Shown in pieces: positions 10,147 to 18,918 of a stretch of 64,000 nucleotides of DNA. The stretch is from an uncultured archaeon. GTDB taxonomy: Archaea > Iainarchaeota > Iainarchaeia > Iainarchaeales > JAAZKV01. The DNA lies in NCBI GenBank assembly GCA_964619405.1, contig CAZUCF010000004.1:4689-68688 (forward strand), written 5' to 3'. A model generated the notes under the pieces. The model searched no databases. It had not been told where the DNA came from and saw only the letters and a program-made list of their open reading frames with translations. A program made the position numbers and the translations under genes. The first letter of the stretch is position 1. Each line of letters starts with the position of its first letter.

Positions 10147-10388
10147 AATCAAAAAATATTTGTAATCTTTTTAAAATTATTAAAAGTGATAATAATTTCA
10201 TTATTTTTAGAATTATTAATATAATATTTGTATTATTTTTAAAATTATTAAGAATTATTTAATTCAATCTTAAAATTATTAATAAATAATAATTTTTTTT
10301 ACAATAATTAGAAGTTATTATTTTTTTAAAATCTTTTTATTAATTTATTTAATTTATTTTGAAAATATTTTTTCGAAACAAAACAACA

Positions 10389-11141
10389 TTATGTATACAT
10401 TGGTGTTCCGCGTATCATTTCTGGTTCGTCAACCATTTTTTTCTGTGCTTCCAATGTTTTCAAATGCTGGCTAATAGCATTTTCAAGTTCTCTTGCTTCT
10501 TTTAATAATGGTTTAACATCAATACAAACATTAATGAGCTTGCAAAAAGCTTTAACAATTTCTGCAGCAGCATAATAATCAGCATTATTTTTTGCGTTCC
10601 CAATTAAACAAAAAGCTATAATAGAATTGTCTTTTAAATAAAGCATCATCATTGCTGTTACCCCTGATGTTATCCCATTGTTTATTAATTCAAGATTATT
10701 CTTTTTAATTATTTTTTTGGATTGTTCATCACTCGCAAAAGCATAAACGCTTTTACCATCGGGAGTCTTTATTCCTGATGTTGCTATAACTTGTTTTATC
10801 TTCTTTTTTTTCACCCACTCAACAATTTCTTTGGCCATAATACTTGCAATACTATTTGGTATTATTTGTTCTGAAATTAGGATAACTGCTTTGTATTTTT
10901 TGTTTGCGTAAATTCTTACAGGGTGCATTGGCACACCATTATTAATTCTAATTATTGGTGAAAAAAGAGTTGAATTAATATACCCTATTTGTTCAAAACC
11001 CAATTTTTCTGACAAATATCTTGCACCGATTGTTCCTGCGAGTCCAACATCAGGAAAACCTTCTATCAAAGTAAAACCAGTTAAATTAATTTTTGTGTTT
11101 TCAACAAAATTAAAAAAACTTTTTAATTCTTTTTCACTCAT
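10389..11141 (-). CDS. PAC2-family proteasome assembly chaperone-like protein (PbaA-like)
   Basis: N-terminus LTGFTLIEGFPDVGLAGTIGARYL is typical of the PAC2/COG1938 family. The C-terminus ends in ...TPMYT, which fits a hydrophobic-Tyr-X (HbYX) motif. Confidence 0.6.
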   Translation of the reverse strand: MSEKELKSFFNFVENTKINLTGFTLIEGFPDVGLAGTIGARYLSEKLGFEQIGYINSTLFSPIIRINNGVPMHPVRIYANKKYKAVILISEQIIPNSIASIMAKEIVEWVKKKKIKQVIATSGIKTPDGKSVYAFASDEQSKKIIKKNNLELINNGITSGVTAMMMLYLKDNSIIAFCLIGNAKNNADYYAAAEIVKAFCKLINVCIDVKPLLKEARELENAISQHLKTLEAQKKMVDEPEMIRGTPMYT

Positions 11142-11287
11142 TAATACACCAACCGAATCATTACTAACATTTCAACTATCATATTATTGTTTTTACTTGA
11201 ATTGTTTCAAACAAAATTATTTTATTAAATTTATTTTGTTAAACAAATTATAATACAACAATTTTAAGTTTTAAGTTATTAATAAAC

Positions 11288-12229
11288 TTAACCCATATTT
11301 TGTGCGAGAAAAAAACAAGTGAATGCTATTGGCACTATTATTAAAGCGTAAACCCAGAATTGTTTTTTATTACCTTCTTGTAAACCAAGAAAAAAACTGC
11401 TTAGTAATGCAAATTCAAAAATATATATTGTTGTTCCGAGTGAAGCAAGAGAAAAGATTTCTTTTCGTTCAATAGCACTCAAGCCAATTTCAAATCCTTC
11501 AGCAAAATTAAAATTGAATCCTGTTACCAAACCAATAATTATTCCAAGAATGCTTGGAACGATTAATGCTGATGATAATAACAAAGTGTATTTTGTTACA
11601 AGCATTACTGCTTGTTGTTCTCTAATAATTGCATTATTTTCCATTAAATCCTCTGAAATTTCTCTTAAAAAGTTAGACATTTCAGAACCGTTTTCGTAAC
11701 ATTGGATGAATACATCAATTATCCTATTGACAGTTTTACTATTATTCATTTTTTTTATTTTGTTTAAAGATTCTTTTACGCTTGAACCGTTTTTTATCTC
11801 AATATTTGCTCTTTCAAAATCTTCTCTTATCAAAGGAATTTCAATTTCACTCATTTTTTCAATATTTTTTATTATAGAATTTTCATCGCAAAAAACACTT
11901 ACTTCGAGTAAGAACTCTGGAATCATTGATTCTTTCTTTTTTTTTCGTTTCTCAAAAAAAATATCTTGCCATAAATAATTCAAAAAAAATGGTGAAAAAA
12001 ATAATAGTCCTGAAACAAAAATAGTTTTGTTTAATTCTATGCCCGTATAAAAAAGAATTATCATTGAAATAATTGTTACAAATAAACCTTCTATTATACA
12101 AAAATAAATAAATTTGTTTATTTTTTCAAATCTTGAATTATTGAGTATTAATTTGTTTTTAAAGAGTTCCATTTTTTCGTTTCCAAGAATATATTGAAAA
12201 ATATTTTCAAAAAGTTTTGTTGCATCCAT
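11288..12229 (-). CDS. Type IV filament platform protein, TadC/FlaJ-like (T2SS-F domain)
   Basis: Polytopic membrane protein with a cytoplasmic helical domain between TM blocks. Last gene of the ATPase-platform-platform operon, 1-nt gap to the previous gene. Confidence 0.6.
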   Translation of the reverse strand: MDATKLFENIFQYILGNEKMELFKNKLILNNSRFEKINKFIYFCIIEGLFVTIISMIILFYTGIELNKTIFVSGLLFFSPFFLNYLWQDIFFEKRKKKKESMIPEFLLEVSVFCDENSIIKNIEKMSEIEIPLIREDFERANIEIKNGSSVKESLNKIKKMNNSKTVNRIIDVFIQCYENGSEMSNFLREISEDLMENNAIIREQQAVMLVTKYTLLLSSALIVPSILGIIIGLVTGFNFNFAEGFEIGLSAIERKEIFSLASLGTTIYIFEFALLSSFFLGLQEGNKKQFWVYALIIVPIAFTCFFLAQNMG

Positions 12230-12230
12230 A

Positions 12231-13175
12231 TTATTGCCTCAAAAATAATGGTGTTTTTGAATTAATTGATAATAAAACAATTAAATCTATTGAAGGAAAA
12301 CCAATAACCATTATCAAAAAAATTTGTATTGCATTGAATTGTATTTCCATAAAGTAACTGCCAATTAGAATAAAACTCGCGAACATTGCGGGTACAATCG
12401 CTGACACTGCTATGAAAACAAGTGCAAAGACTATTAGTTTTCCACCAAATTCCTTGCTTTCTATTCTTTGTCTTAACAATAATTCGTCAGCAAACTTCTT
12501 CAAACCAAAAGTATCATTGCCATGTTGATAAATATTATACAAATTACTATTAGTTCTTTTAATATTCAAAGAATTAAATTTTTTGTTCATTGTTGTTAAA
12601 GCATCTTTGAATGACAAACCATTCTCAACAAGTCTTATAATTATTCCATATTCTTTTGCTGTAACATTGTCTTCCATAGAACATTTTTTTATTGCGCTCA
12701 TTAAATCTTTCCCAACTTTTAATTCGGTAACAAGATTCATCAAGAAAAAGCTAAGATTCACTTCAACTTTTTTAGTGTATTTTTTGTGTTTTAATATTGG
12801 AATATTTATTGCAATTAAAAATATTATTGTGAAAAAACCAAACATTATTCCAAAACTCAAAAGAATATTGTGTGTGTAAAGCCAACCAAACAATAAAATA
12901 AATAATGAAGAAATAATTGTGTAAGAAAAACATTTCTTTTTGTATTCTTCAAAATCTTTTTTTCGCAAATCAGCTTTTTTAACAGTGTTATCTTCCAAAA
13001 AAGATTTTTCTGAAATCTTTTTGAAAAAATTTTTTGAATTATTTTTTTTATTATTTGCGCTTTGTTGGTTTTGGACATGATTATTTGTTTCAGTATTATT
13101 TGTTTCAGTATTATTTGTTTCAGTATTATTTGTTTTAGTATTATTTGTTTTTATAAATTCTTTTCCAATTTTCAT
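12231..13175 (-). CDS. Type IV filament platform protein, TadB/FlaJ-like, with N-terminal (TNNTE)n repeat
   Basis: Same architecture as 11288..12229. The ATG at 13175 overlaps the ATPase stop as ATGA; the ORF track offers an alternative start at 13190. Confidence 0.6.
   Translation of the reverse strand: MKIGKEFIKTNNTKTNNTETNNTETNNTETNNHVQNQQSANNKKNNSKNFFKKISEKSFLEDNTVKKADLRKKDFEEYKKKCFSYTIISSLFILLFGWLYTHNILLSFGIMFGFFTIIFLIAINIPILKHKKYTKKVEVNLSFFLMNLVTELKVGKDLMSAIKKCSMEDNVTAKEYGIIIRLVENGLSFKDALTTMNKKFNSLNIKRTNSNLYNIYQHGNDTFGLKKFADELLLRQRIESKEFGGKLIVFALVFIAVSAIVPAMFASFILIGSYFMEIQFNAIQIFLIMVIGFPSIDLIVLLSINSKTPLFLRQ
13078..13152 (-). repeat. In-frame 15-bp tandem repeat (4-5 copies) encoding TNNTE
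   Basis: CAGTATTATTTGTTT repeated on the + strand. Confidence 0.9.
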
Positions 13176-14593
13176 ATTACTTCTCCGCATGATAATTCAA
13201 AAAATTCTCTAAAAGAAATACTATTACTCATTTTTTCTAAAACTTTTTCTTTTTTCCTCAAAATTTTTTCATAATCTTTTTTGTTACAAGAAAAAGTTTG
13301 CATTATTTTTTCACTTAACCTCAAAGATTCGTTTGTTTTTTCTAAACAATTTGTTTTGTGATTAAAACAAAATAATTTTAACAATTTCAAAGAATTATTT
13401 TGTTCTTGTTGTTCTTTAAAAACTTCACAAATTTCAACTACTTTTCTTTCTTCTCTCCTCAAACCAGTTTTCGCGTTAATACGAGTAATTCTTTTTTGAA
13501 CTAATATTAAATCAAGTGATTTTAAAGCATTTTTTTCAATTCCAAAAGAATTTAATCTTTGAAAAGCTTCTTCGGAATTTTCTGCGTGAAAAGTAGCATA
13601 ACTTCCTTTTGCTTGTCCAGCAAGCATTGTGTTGATAAAAGATTTTGCTTCATCCTTGCTTCTTACTTCGCCAACAATTACTCTATCTGGTCTCATTCTA
13701 AAAGTGTTTTCAATTAATTTTTCTAAACCAATATTTAGGTTTTCTGCTGTATTCAATTTTACTATGTGCTCTTGTGGTAAAACAATTTCTGGTGTTTCTT
13801 CTACAACTACAATTCTCTCGTCTTTTGGTAGGAAACAAAACAATGAGTTGAGAGTAGTTGTTTTTCCTGAACCAGTGTTACCGCAAACAAGTATTGATGA
13901 TGATGTTTGCATTACTAACCACAAAAAAGCCATTGCTTTTGCATTAATAGTACCAAAATCAATTATATTTAATGGTGTTAAAGGGTTTTCCTTAAATTTT
14001 CTTATTGTCGCGTTTATTCCTGTGAAAGCGATTGGATCCATTGAAGCATTTAACCTTGAACCGTTATTCAAAGTTGCATTAAGAATTGGGTTATTAAAAC
14101 TTAGTTGTCTTCCTAATGGGGAAGAAATCCTGTTGATTATTGTTTTTATTTTTTCGTCAGAGTTAAAATAAATGTTGCTTGTTAGCCAACCAAAAATATT
14201 GTGGTAGAGCATTATTGGTTTGTTTTTTCCATTTATAACAATTTCTTCAAAATCAGGATCATTCAACAATGGTTCTAAAATACTATTTCCTATTGTTTCC
14301 CACTCTAAAACAAGAGACATTTTTTCTCTTTGGTCTTTTCTCAAAAGAACATAATTTTCTAGACAAAAATCTTTTATTAGAAAATAAATATCTGACTTGT
14401 TCTTAATTATTTTTTTTGTTTCCTTTATTTCTTTTAATATTTCTGAAAAAAACTTTTTTTCTTTGTCATTGAATAAAGGAAAGTCTAATAAAAAGTAATT
14501 CTTCTCACGTTTTTTTACTATTTCCCCGCTAGAACTCTTACTAACTTTTTTTGAATAATCAATGCTTGAAATAAAAAAACCTATTTCTTTCAT
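13172..14593 (-). CDS. FlaI/TadA/VirB11-type secretion ATPase (type IV filament assembly ATPase)
   Basis: Walker A GNTGSGKTTTLNSL, Walker B-like RIVVVEETPEI, and MRPDRVIVGEVR, which is typical of type II/IV secretion NTPases. Confidence 0.85.
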   Translation of the reverse strand: MKEIGFFISSIDYSKKVSKSSSGEIVKKREKNYFLLDFPLFNDKEKKFFSEILKEIKETKKIIKNKSDIYFLIKDFCLENYVLLRKDQREKMSLVLEWETIGNSILEPLLNDPDFEEIVINGKNKPIMLYHNIFGWLTSNIYFNSDEKIKTIINRISSPLGRQLSFNNPILNATLNNGSRLNASMDPIAFTGINATIRKFKENPLTPLNIIDFGTINAKAMAFLWLVMQTSSSILVCGNTGSGKTTTLNSLFCFLPKDERIVVVEETPEIVLPQEHIVKLNTAENLNIGLEKLIENTFRMRPDRVIVGEVRSKDEAKSFINTMLAGQAKGSYATFHAENSEEAFQRLNSFGIEKNALKSLDLILVQKRITRINAKTGLRREERKVVEICEVFKEQQEQNNSLKLLKLFCFNHKTNCLEKTNESLRLSEKIMQTFSCNKKDYEKILRKKEKVLEKMSNSISFREFFELSCGEVI

Positions 14594-14797
14594 TTGAATT
14601 AATAAAAATTTTTTTGTTTAAAAAACAAGATTATGTTTTAGACAATCAACGAATTTTTGTTCTTGTTTTTGATGGGTTTTTTTGAAAAAGTTGGTTTTCC
14701 AAACCCTTTATTATTATATATTACTTTGTTTAACATTCTTTCGGGTTATCACCCCGATTTCTAAGTTATAGGTAAAGGCAAGAAAAAGGCAAAGGAG

Positions 14798-14829
14798 GAA
14801 AGAAAGCATCTTTTTAATCGCTTTCTTTC
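14798..14829 (-). terminator. Perfect 10-bp hairpin downstream of the adhesin gene
   Basis: GAAAGAAAGC, 12-nt loop, GCTTTCTTTC. Lies about 130 nt downstream of the stop at 14959 on the - strand and is followed there by a T-rich tract. Confidence 0.3.
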
Positions 14830-14958
14830 TTCTGAAAGAATTGTTTACTTTTTTATTATAATTTATTTGATTTTTTTATTATTTTTTATTTAATTTTTGT
14901 ATTATTTTTTATTTGATTTTTTTGATTTAATATTTTTGTTGTTTTTATTAACTTTTTT

Positions 14959-16629
14959 TTATTCTATTTGACAAGTAAAATCTGGAATGTACTCTAAAGA
15001 TAAAGGCGATTCATAATTAAAAGCTTGGCAAGAATTTACTTGGCTAACATCCCAACCACTAAGGTCTTGGTTAAAAAATGTTGAAAAAGCAAACATTGTT
15101 GTCATGTCTGTTACTTTGCTTACATTCCAGTCACCAATATTTTGGTTGAAATAAGTGTTAAATGAAAACATTGAATTCATAGACATTACTGAACTTACAT
15201 CCCAATTAGATATGTTTGCATTGAATTGAGAATAATAAAACATATAATCCATTGATTTAACTAAACTTACATTCCAATCATTTATTGGCTGATTAAAAGC
15301 TGAATTCGCAAACATTGTATCCATGTATTCTACTGAACTTACATTCCAATTATTAATTGGTTGATTAAATGAAGCTAGTCTAAACATAAGAGTCATATCG
15401 GTTACATTACTTACATCCCAATTGTTAATATCTTTATTAAAAGAGGCTTCTTGGAACATTTCAAGCATGGTTGTTACATTACTTACATCCCATGAACCAA
15501 TTTCTTGATTGAAAACAGATCCAAAAAACATTGCAGTCATATCTGTTACTTTGCTTACATTCCAATCATTTATTGGTTGATTAAAAAAATCATTGCCTTG
15601 AAATAATCTCCCCATATCGATTACATTGCTTACATCCCATAAACCAATATCTTGATTAAATTCACTATAAGAAAACATTCCGTGCATGGTTGTTACATTG
15701 CTAGTATCCCAATTACTTATGTCTTGATTAAAATAACTCTGGTAAAACATAAAATCCATGTCAGTAACATTTTGTGAGGTTTCATCAAAAAAATCTTGAG
15801 AACTAAAATTTGAAACAACTGTTCGCGTGAACATTTGGTTTGCTGATGTAATGCCAGTTACACTATTGCTTATTGGAGTAAAAATATCACTTAATAATTG
15901 GGGTGTGCAATCATAACTTTCATCTCCAAAAGATATTCTACTTGCTTGTCCTCTTAAAGAAATATTGTAATCTCCTGCTGAAGGATATGTTTTTGATCTA
16001 GTTGAACTACCATCTACTAAATTCTCCCAACCATTTCCTAAACCCCAATTTATTTGCATTCCAACTGCATCATCAATAAAGAATTTAAAGTCTTGATTTT
16101 CTCCAGTAGTCGTTATTTGGAATGTAAATGGAATTATTGGTTCTATTGGTGTTTTTGTTGTTGTTATTTCTGTTTGGCAGTTAACTGTTATTGTTTGGGT
16201 TATTTTTTTTGTTAGGCCGTGTTGTGTTGTGTATTCTATTTGGAAGTTGCATGTTTTTTTTGTTTGTCCTGTTTCGCATTGGCATAAGTTGTTTATGTTT
16301 ATTAGTTCTGTGTTTCCTTGTACCCATTGTTCGTTATCGTATTCTTGTGTTCCTTCTTCTGTTGTTATTTTTGTTAGTGTGAGTGTTTCTCCTGAATTGT
16401 TTTTTAGGTTTAGTATTCCTTCTGTTTCGTAATCAGCGATTGCATCTATAATGCTTATTCCGCTTGAGCCTATTGTTCCTTTGAGTTGTTCGTTTGTGTT
16501 AAGTATTTGTGTTTGGTCGAATAGGTTTGTTGATAGGTTTGCTACTATTAAACCGATTACTACTATTATTGCTATTACTATTAAGTATTCTGTTGTGCCC
16601 TATGCTTTTTTAAAATAATAATTTTTCAT
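14959..16629 (-). pseudogene. Class III signal peptide + DUF285/BspA-type repeat adhesin, interrupted by an in-frame TAG at codon 10
   Basis: My translation from ATG 16629 gives MKNYYFKKA-TAG-GTTEYLIVIAIIVVIGLIVANLS... This frame runs open for 180 codons with no ATG/GTG/TTG into the ORF-track ORF (Met at 16059). About 11 copies of the 26-residue unit FNQxIxxWDVSxVTxMxxMF follow (DUF285, bacterial surface protein 26-residue repeat). Confidence 0.65.
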
Positions 16630-16664
16630 TATAATAATTATGTAATTATCTTTTATTAATTTTC

Positions 16665-17006
16665 CTACCAAGTAATTTTGTCGTCAATTTTTATTTTTTT
16701 GTTTTTACCATTAGGCATTTCAATAAAATATTTTGCTGGTTTTTTAGGAGTATAATTTGGCATGAATGGTTGTAATGTTACCTTATCAACAACTATTTTT
16801 TCTTTATTTAAAAAAATAATATCTATTGGGAAGAAAACAAATATCATGTGAACTGAACTACTTATTCTACTCTCTGATTGGTTTTCAAAAATTAATGCGT
16901 AATTAAATTTTTTTGCATCCTCAAACATTAGGCCTTTCATTCTTTCCCAAGAAGTTTTTGTTAGTCTTGTTCGCAAGCCAATGCTTTTACCATTTATTTT
17001 TAACAT
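16665..17006 (-). CDS. DUF192 family protein
   Basis: KGLMFE..., HMIFVFFPIDIIFL..., AKYFIEMPNG match the DUF192/COG1430 pattern. Confidence 0.6.
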   Translation of the reverse strand: MLKINGKSIGLRTRLTKTSWERMKGLMFEDAKKFNYALIFENQSESRISSSVHMIFVFFPIDIIFLNKEKIVVDKVTLQPFMPNYTPKKPAKYFIEMPNGKNKKIKIDDKITW

Positions 17007-17016
17007 TTTTAATCAA

Positions 17017-17202
17017 CTATTTTAACAAGTCTAATGATGGAACTTTTATTTCTTCAAGAATTTTTTTGGTTTTCGTTGGGTTACTCTCAATATTATTAAA
17101 CCTTTTTTTTTCTAATTCTTTAGTCATCTCATCTATTTCAACCATTTTTTTTCTTAGGTTAGAAATTATTGCTCCAATTTCTTTTTCATTGCTTGAATCC
17201 AT
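17017..17202 (-). CDS. Small charged coiled-coil protein, hypothetical
   Basis: 61-aa K/E-rich ORF 10 nt upstream of DUF192. No family motif recognised. Confidence 0.3.
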   Translation of the reverse strand: MDSSNEKEIGAIISNLRKKMVEIDEMTKELEKKRFNNIESNPTKTKKILEEIKVPSLDLLK

Positions 17203-17239
17203 GTATATATTACTTCTTTTCTAATTAAAAACTTTTAGT

Positions 17240-17290
17240 GCGGCCAGTTTTGCCAGCCAGTTTTGCCAGCCAGTTTTGTCAGCCAGTTTC
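17240..17290 (+). repeat. 13-bp tandem repeat GCCAGCCAGTTTT (about 4 copies) in a GC-richer intergenic island
   Basis: GCGGCCAGTTTT GCCAGCCAGTTTT GCCAGCCAGTTTT GTCAGCCAGTTTC. The GC content stands out against the AT-rich surroundings. Confidence 0.85.
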
Positions 17291-17377
17291 GTCTAGGCGA
17301 ACGAGAGCGAGTTAATTGTTATTAACTCACTTTAATTATTTTTGATTAGTTTTCACTTAGAATATTATTTTAATAAT

Positions 17378-17414
17378 ATTATTTTAATACTTCTCCTGTT
17401 TCATTACTCCAAAA
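17378..17414 (-). other. Degenerate duplicate of the 3' end of ogg (last 11 codons plus stop)
   Basis: 17381-17414 aligns to 17646-17679 with 3 mismatches in 34 bp. The - strand reads FWSNETGEVLK-stop, the same as the C-terminus of 17644..18273. Confidence 0.8.
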
Positions 17415-17448
17415 GGCTCCTTTCGCCGAAACTTTTCAAAAAAGTTTC

Positions 17449-17569
17449 ATCAAAATTTTGCTAGCTTTTATTAAAAGCTGTGTCGGAGCGAGTCAGGGTA
17501 CTTTCAGTACCCTTGATTTTTTTGTTTTAAACTTTTTTTTATCAAAATTTTGCTAGCTTTTATTAAAAG
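17449..17569 (+). repeat. Two identical 29-bp direct repeats separated by 63 bp
   Basis: ATCAAAATTTTGCTAGCTTTTATTAAAAG occurs at 17449-17477 and 17541-17569. Each copy contains the internal palindrome GCTTTTATTAAAAGC. Confidence 0.85.
17495..17523 (+). terminator. Hairpin plus T7 run (intrinsic-terminator-like) with no annotated + strand gene upstream
   Basis: AGGGTAC, TTTCA, GTACCCT, then TGATTTTTTT. Confidence 0.35.
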
Positions 17570-17643
17570 TCATACTATAACAAAGTACTTACTAATTGTT
17601 AAATCAATTAACAGAATACAAATGTTAAGGTAGTGTAGAAAGA

Positions 17644-18273
17644 TTATTTTAGTACTTCTCCAGTCTCATTACTCCAAAAAATTAGATCTAGTTCAGTAAA
17701 ATTAATATTGTTTTTTTCACAAAAATTTTTCATTAAATTTTCTATTTCCTCGTATTTTTTCTTGTTAAGATTTTTTGGAATTTCTTTTATTACATTACAT
17801 TTAACCAAATTTTTTAGTATGTGCCTGTCAAGGATAGCAACGTCTTCAAAAAAACCAATGTTTCTCAAAAAGTGGCTTGCTTCTTTCATTCCAAAACCAT
17901 TGACATTTTTTATTAAGAATTCGCGACATTTAATTGGTTTTTCTAAAATTCCTTCGTTAATTAAAATTTTTTTTAATTTTTCTTTTGGAAATTGGGTTTG
18001 TATTAATTCTAATCGCCTAGCCTTTGTTATGTAGAATCTTATGTTTTTTAAATACTTTTCTTTTTCTTTTGCTTTGCCTTTAAATAATAAATTATTTTCT
18101 TTTAAAGCATTAATACATTTAGTTGCTCCTTTTGCAGAACTTTGTGGTGTTAGAATACAATAACACATTTCTTCAAAAATTTTTTCTTCGTCTTTCCAAA
18201 CAGATTTATAACTTCTAAGCGCTTTTTTAACTTCTTTTTGAATTTTGGGTTTAGCAAAACAAATATTATTCAT
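17644..18273 (-). CDS. ogg: 8-oxoguanine DNA glycosylase/AP lyase, archaeal Ogg2 type (HhH-GPD)
   Basis: CILTPQSSAK, VNGFGMKEASHFLRNIG (helix-hairpin-helix with catalytic Lys) and AILDRH (catalytic Asp). Confidence 0.8.
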   Translation of the reverse strand: MNNICFAKPKIQKEVKKALRSYKSVWKDEEKIFEEMCYCILTPQSSAKGATKCINALKENNLLFKGKAKEKEKYLKNIRFYITKARRLELIQTQFPKEKLKKILINEGILEKPIKCREFLIKNVNGFGMKEASHFLRNIGFFEDVAILDRHILKNLVKCNVIKEIPKNLNKKKYEEIENLMKNFCEKNNINFTELDLIFWSNETGEVLK

Positions 18274-18276
18274 TTT

Positions 18277-18798
18277 TTAACCCATAATCAATTCATCAGT
18301 GTTATAAATATTTTCAACATATTCTTCAAACAATTTAACATGTGTTTGTTCAAAATCAGCTAACTCTGAGAAAAAAAAACTAACTTTTCCTTTTGTCTTC
18401 TCGCTTGCTTTTCTGTAAAAATCCTCTGCTTTTTTTTCTCTCCACAAAGCAAATAACAAAGAAGTCATTTCGTCTTTTCCAGCAGGAATAGAACGTATTT
18501 CTGGAGCAGTATTTCTTGGAAAATTAAATTCTTTTATTTCTGCATTATTCTCTATTTCGGATTTTAATTCTAAGATTTTGTTCAAGTGCATTTCCTCTTC
18601 TTTTACCATGAAAGCAAAAAATGATTCAAGTTCATTACCCTTATTTTTTTCTAATTCTTTTAAATAAAAATCTCCGCTTGTTCTCTCAACATGCTCGGCC
18701 AAATTCAATGCATTAATAATGCTCTCTTTTGAATCAGAGTCCAATTTGTTTATTACTTCTAAAATTTCTTTGCTTTGTATAAAATCCATTTTTCGCAC
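18277..18798 (-). CDS. Rubrerythrin/ferritin-like diiron protein
   Basis: Two E...ExxH pairs (EEMH; EQTH) in a four-helix-like layout. Separated from ogg by 3 nt. Confidence 0.55.
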   Translation of the reverse strand: MRKMDFIQSKEILEVINKLDSDSKESIINALNLAEHVERTSGDFYLKELEKNKGNELESFFAFMVKEEEMHLNKILELKSEIENNAEIKEFNFPRNTAPEIRSIPAGKDEMTSLLFALWREKKAEDFYRKASEKTKGKVSFFFSELADFEQTHVKLFEEYVENIYNTDELIMG

Positions 18799-18918
18799 CT
18801 TCTATAATTAACCTTTATTAGAATCCTTTTTTATTTGTTTTTATCTTTAAAAAATTATAAAAAAGAGTAGAGTTGATTTATTATTAAATTTTTAGTTAAA
18901 ATTTTTTTATTCTGTTTT

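Noticed and set aside
10173-10282. TTTTTAAAATTATTAA-like motif recurring four times at 31-36 bp spacing downstream of the giant surface protein gene. Considered as iterons, a replication origin or a degenerate array.
   Set aside because: This is a very low-complexity AT context with no orc1/cdc6 nearby. Repeated oligo-T runs in a convergent spacer are more simply explained as archaeal termination signals. It cannot be distinguished further by eye.
13062-13274. ORF encoding repeated IICFS units
   Set aside because: It is the antisense translation of the (TNNTE)n 15-bp repeat inside the platform gene.
13629-14171. Long antisense ORFs inside clearly assigned genes. These include 513..887, 3854..4213, 11514..11978, 12583..12879, 19578..20236, 23191..24066, 31992..32246, 40863..41294, 57982..58392 and 60313..60636.
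   Set aside because: Each overlaps a gene with strong family motifs on the other strand. They have biased Phe/Leu/Ile/Ser/Lys composition typical of AT-rich antisense frames, with no motifs.
14740-14756. TCGGG-TTATCAC-CCCGA, a 5-bp stem with a 7-nt loop resembling a tRNA arm
   Set aside because: No acceptor, D or T arms can be built from the flanks, and the implied anticodon AUC is not a normal tRNA.
16191-16432. Two + strand ORFs rich in Phe/Leu/Cys/Val
   Set aside because: They are antisense to the open N-terminal region of the adhesin gene and have low-complexity composition, so they are spurious.
16600-16602. Genome-wide TAG reassignment (Gln or pyrrolysine) as the explanation for the in-frame amber codon in the adhesin gene
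   Set aside because: TAG ends several conserved genes at their expected C-termini: gmd copy 1 (37461-37463), the class II aldolase (33725-33727), DUF192 (16665-16667), the methyltransferase at 21996-21998, 27583-27585 and 834-836. The tRNA-Gln in the window has anticodon CUG, not CUA. No pyl genes are seen.
17449-17569. Two identical 29-bp repeats as a mini CRISPR array
   Set aside because: There are only two copies, the 63-bp spacer is outside the usual range, and no cas genes or leader are present. It is kept as part of the repeat-island finding instead.
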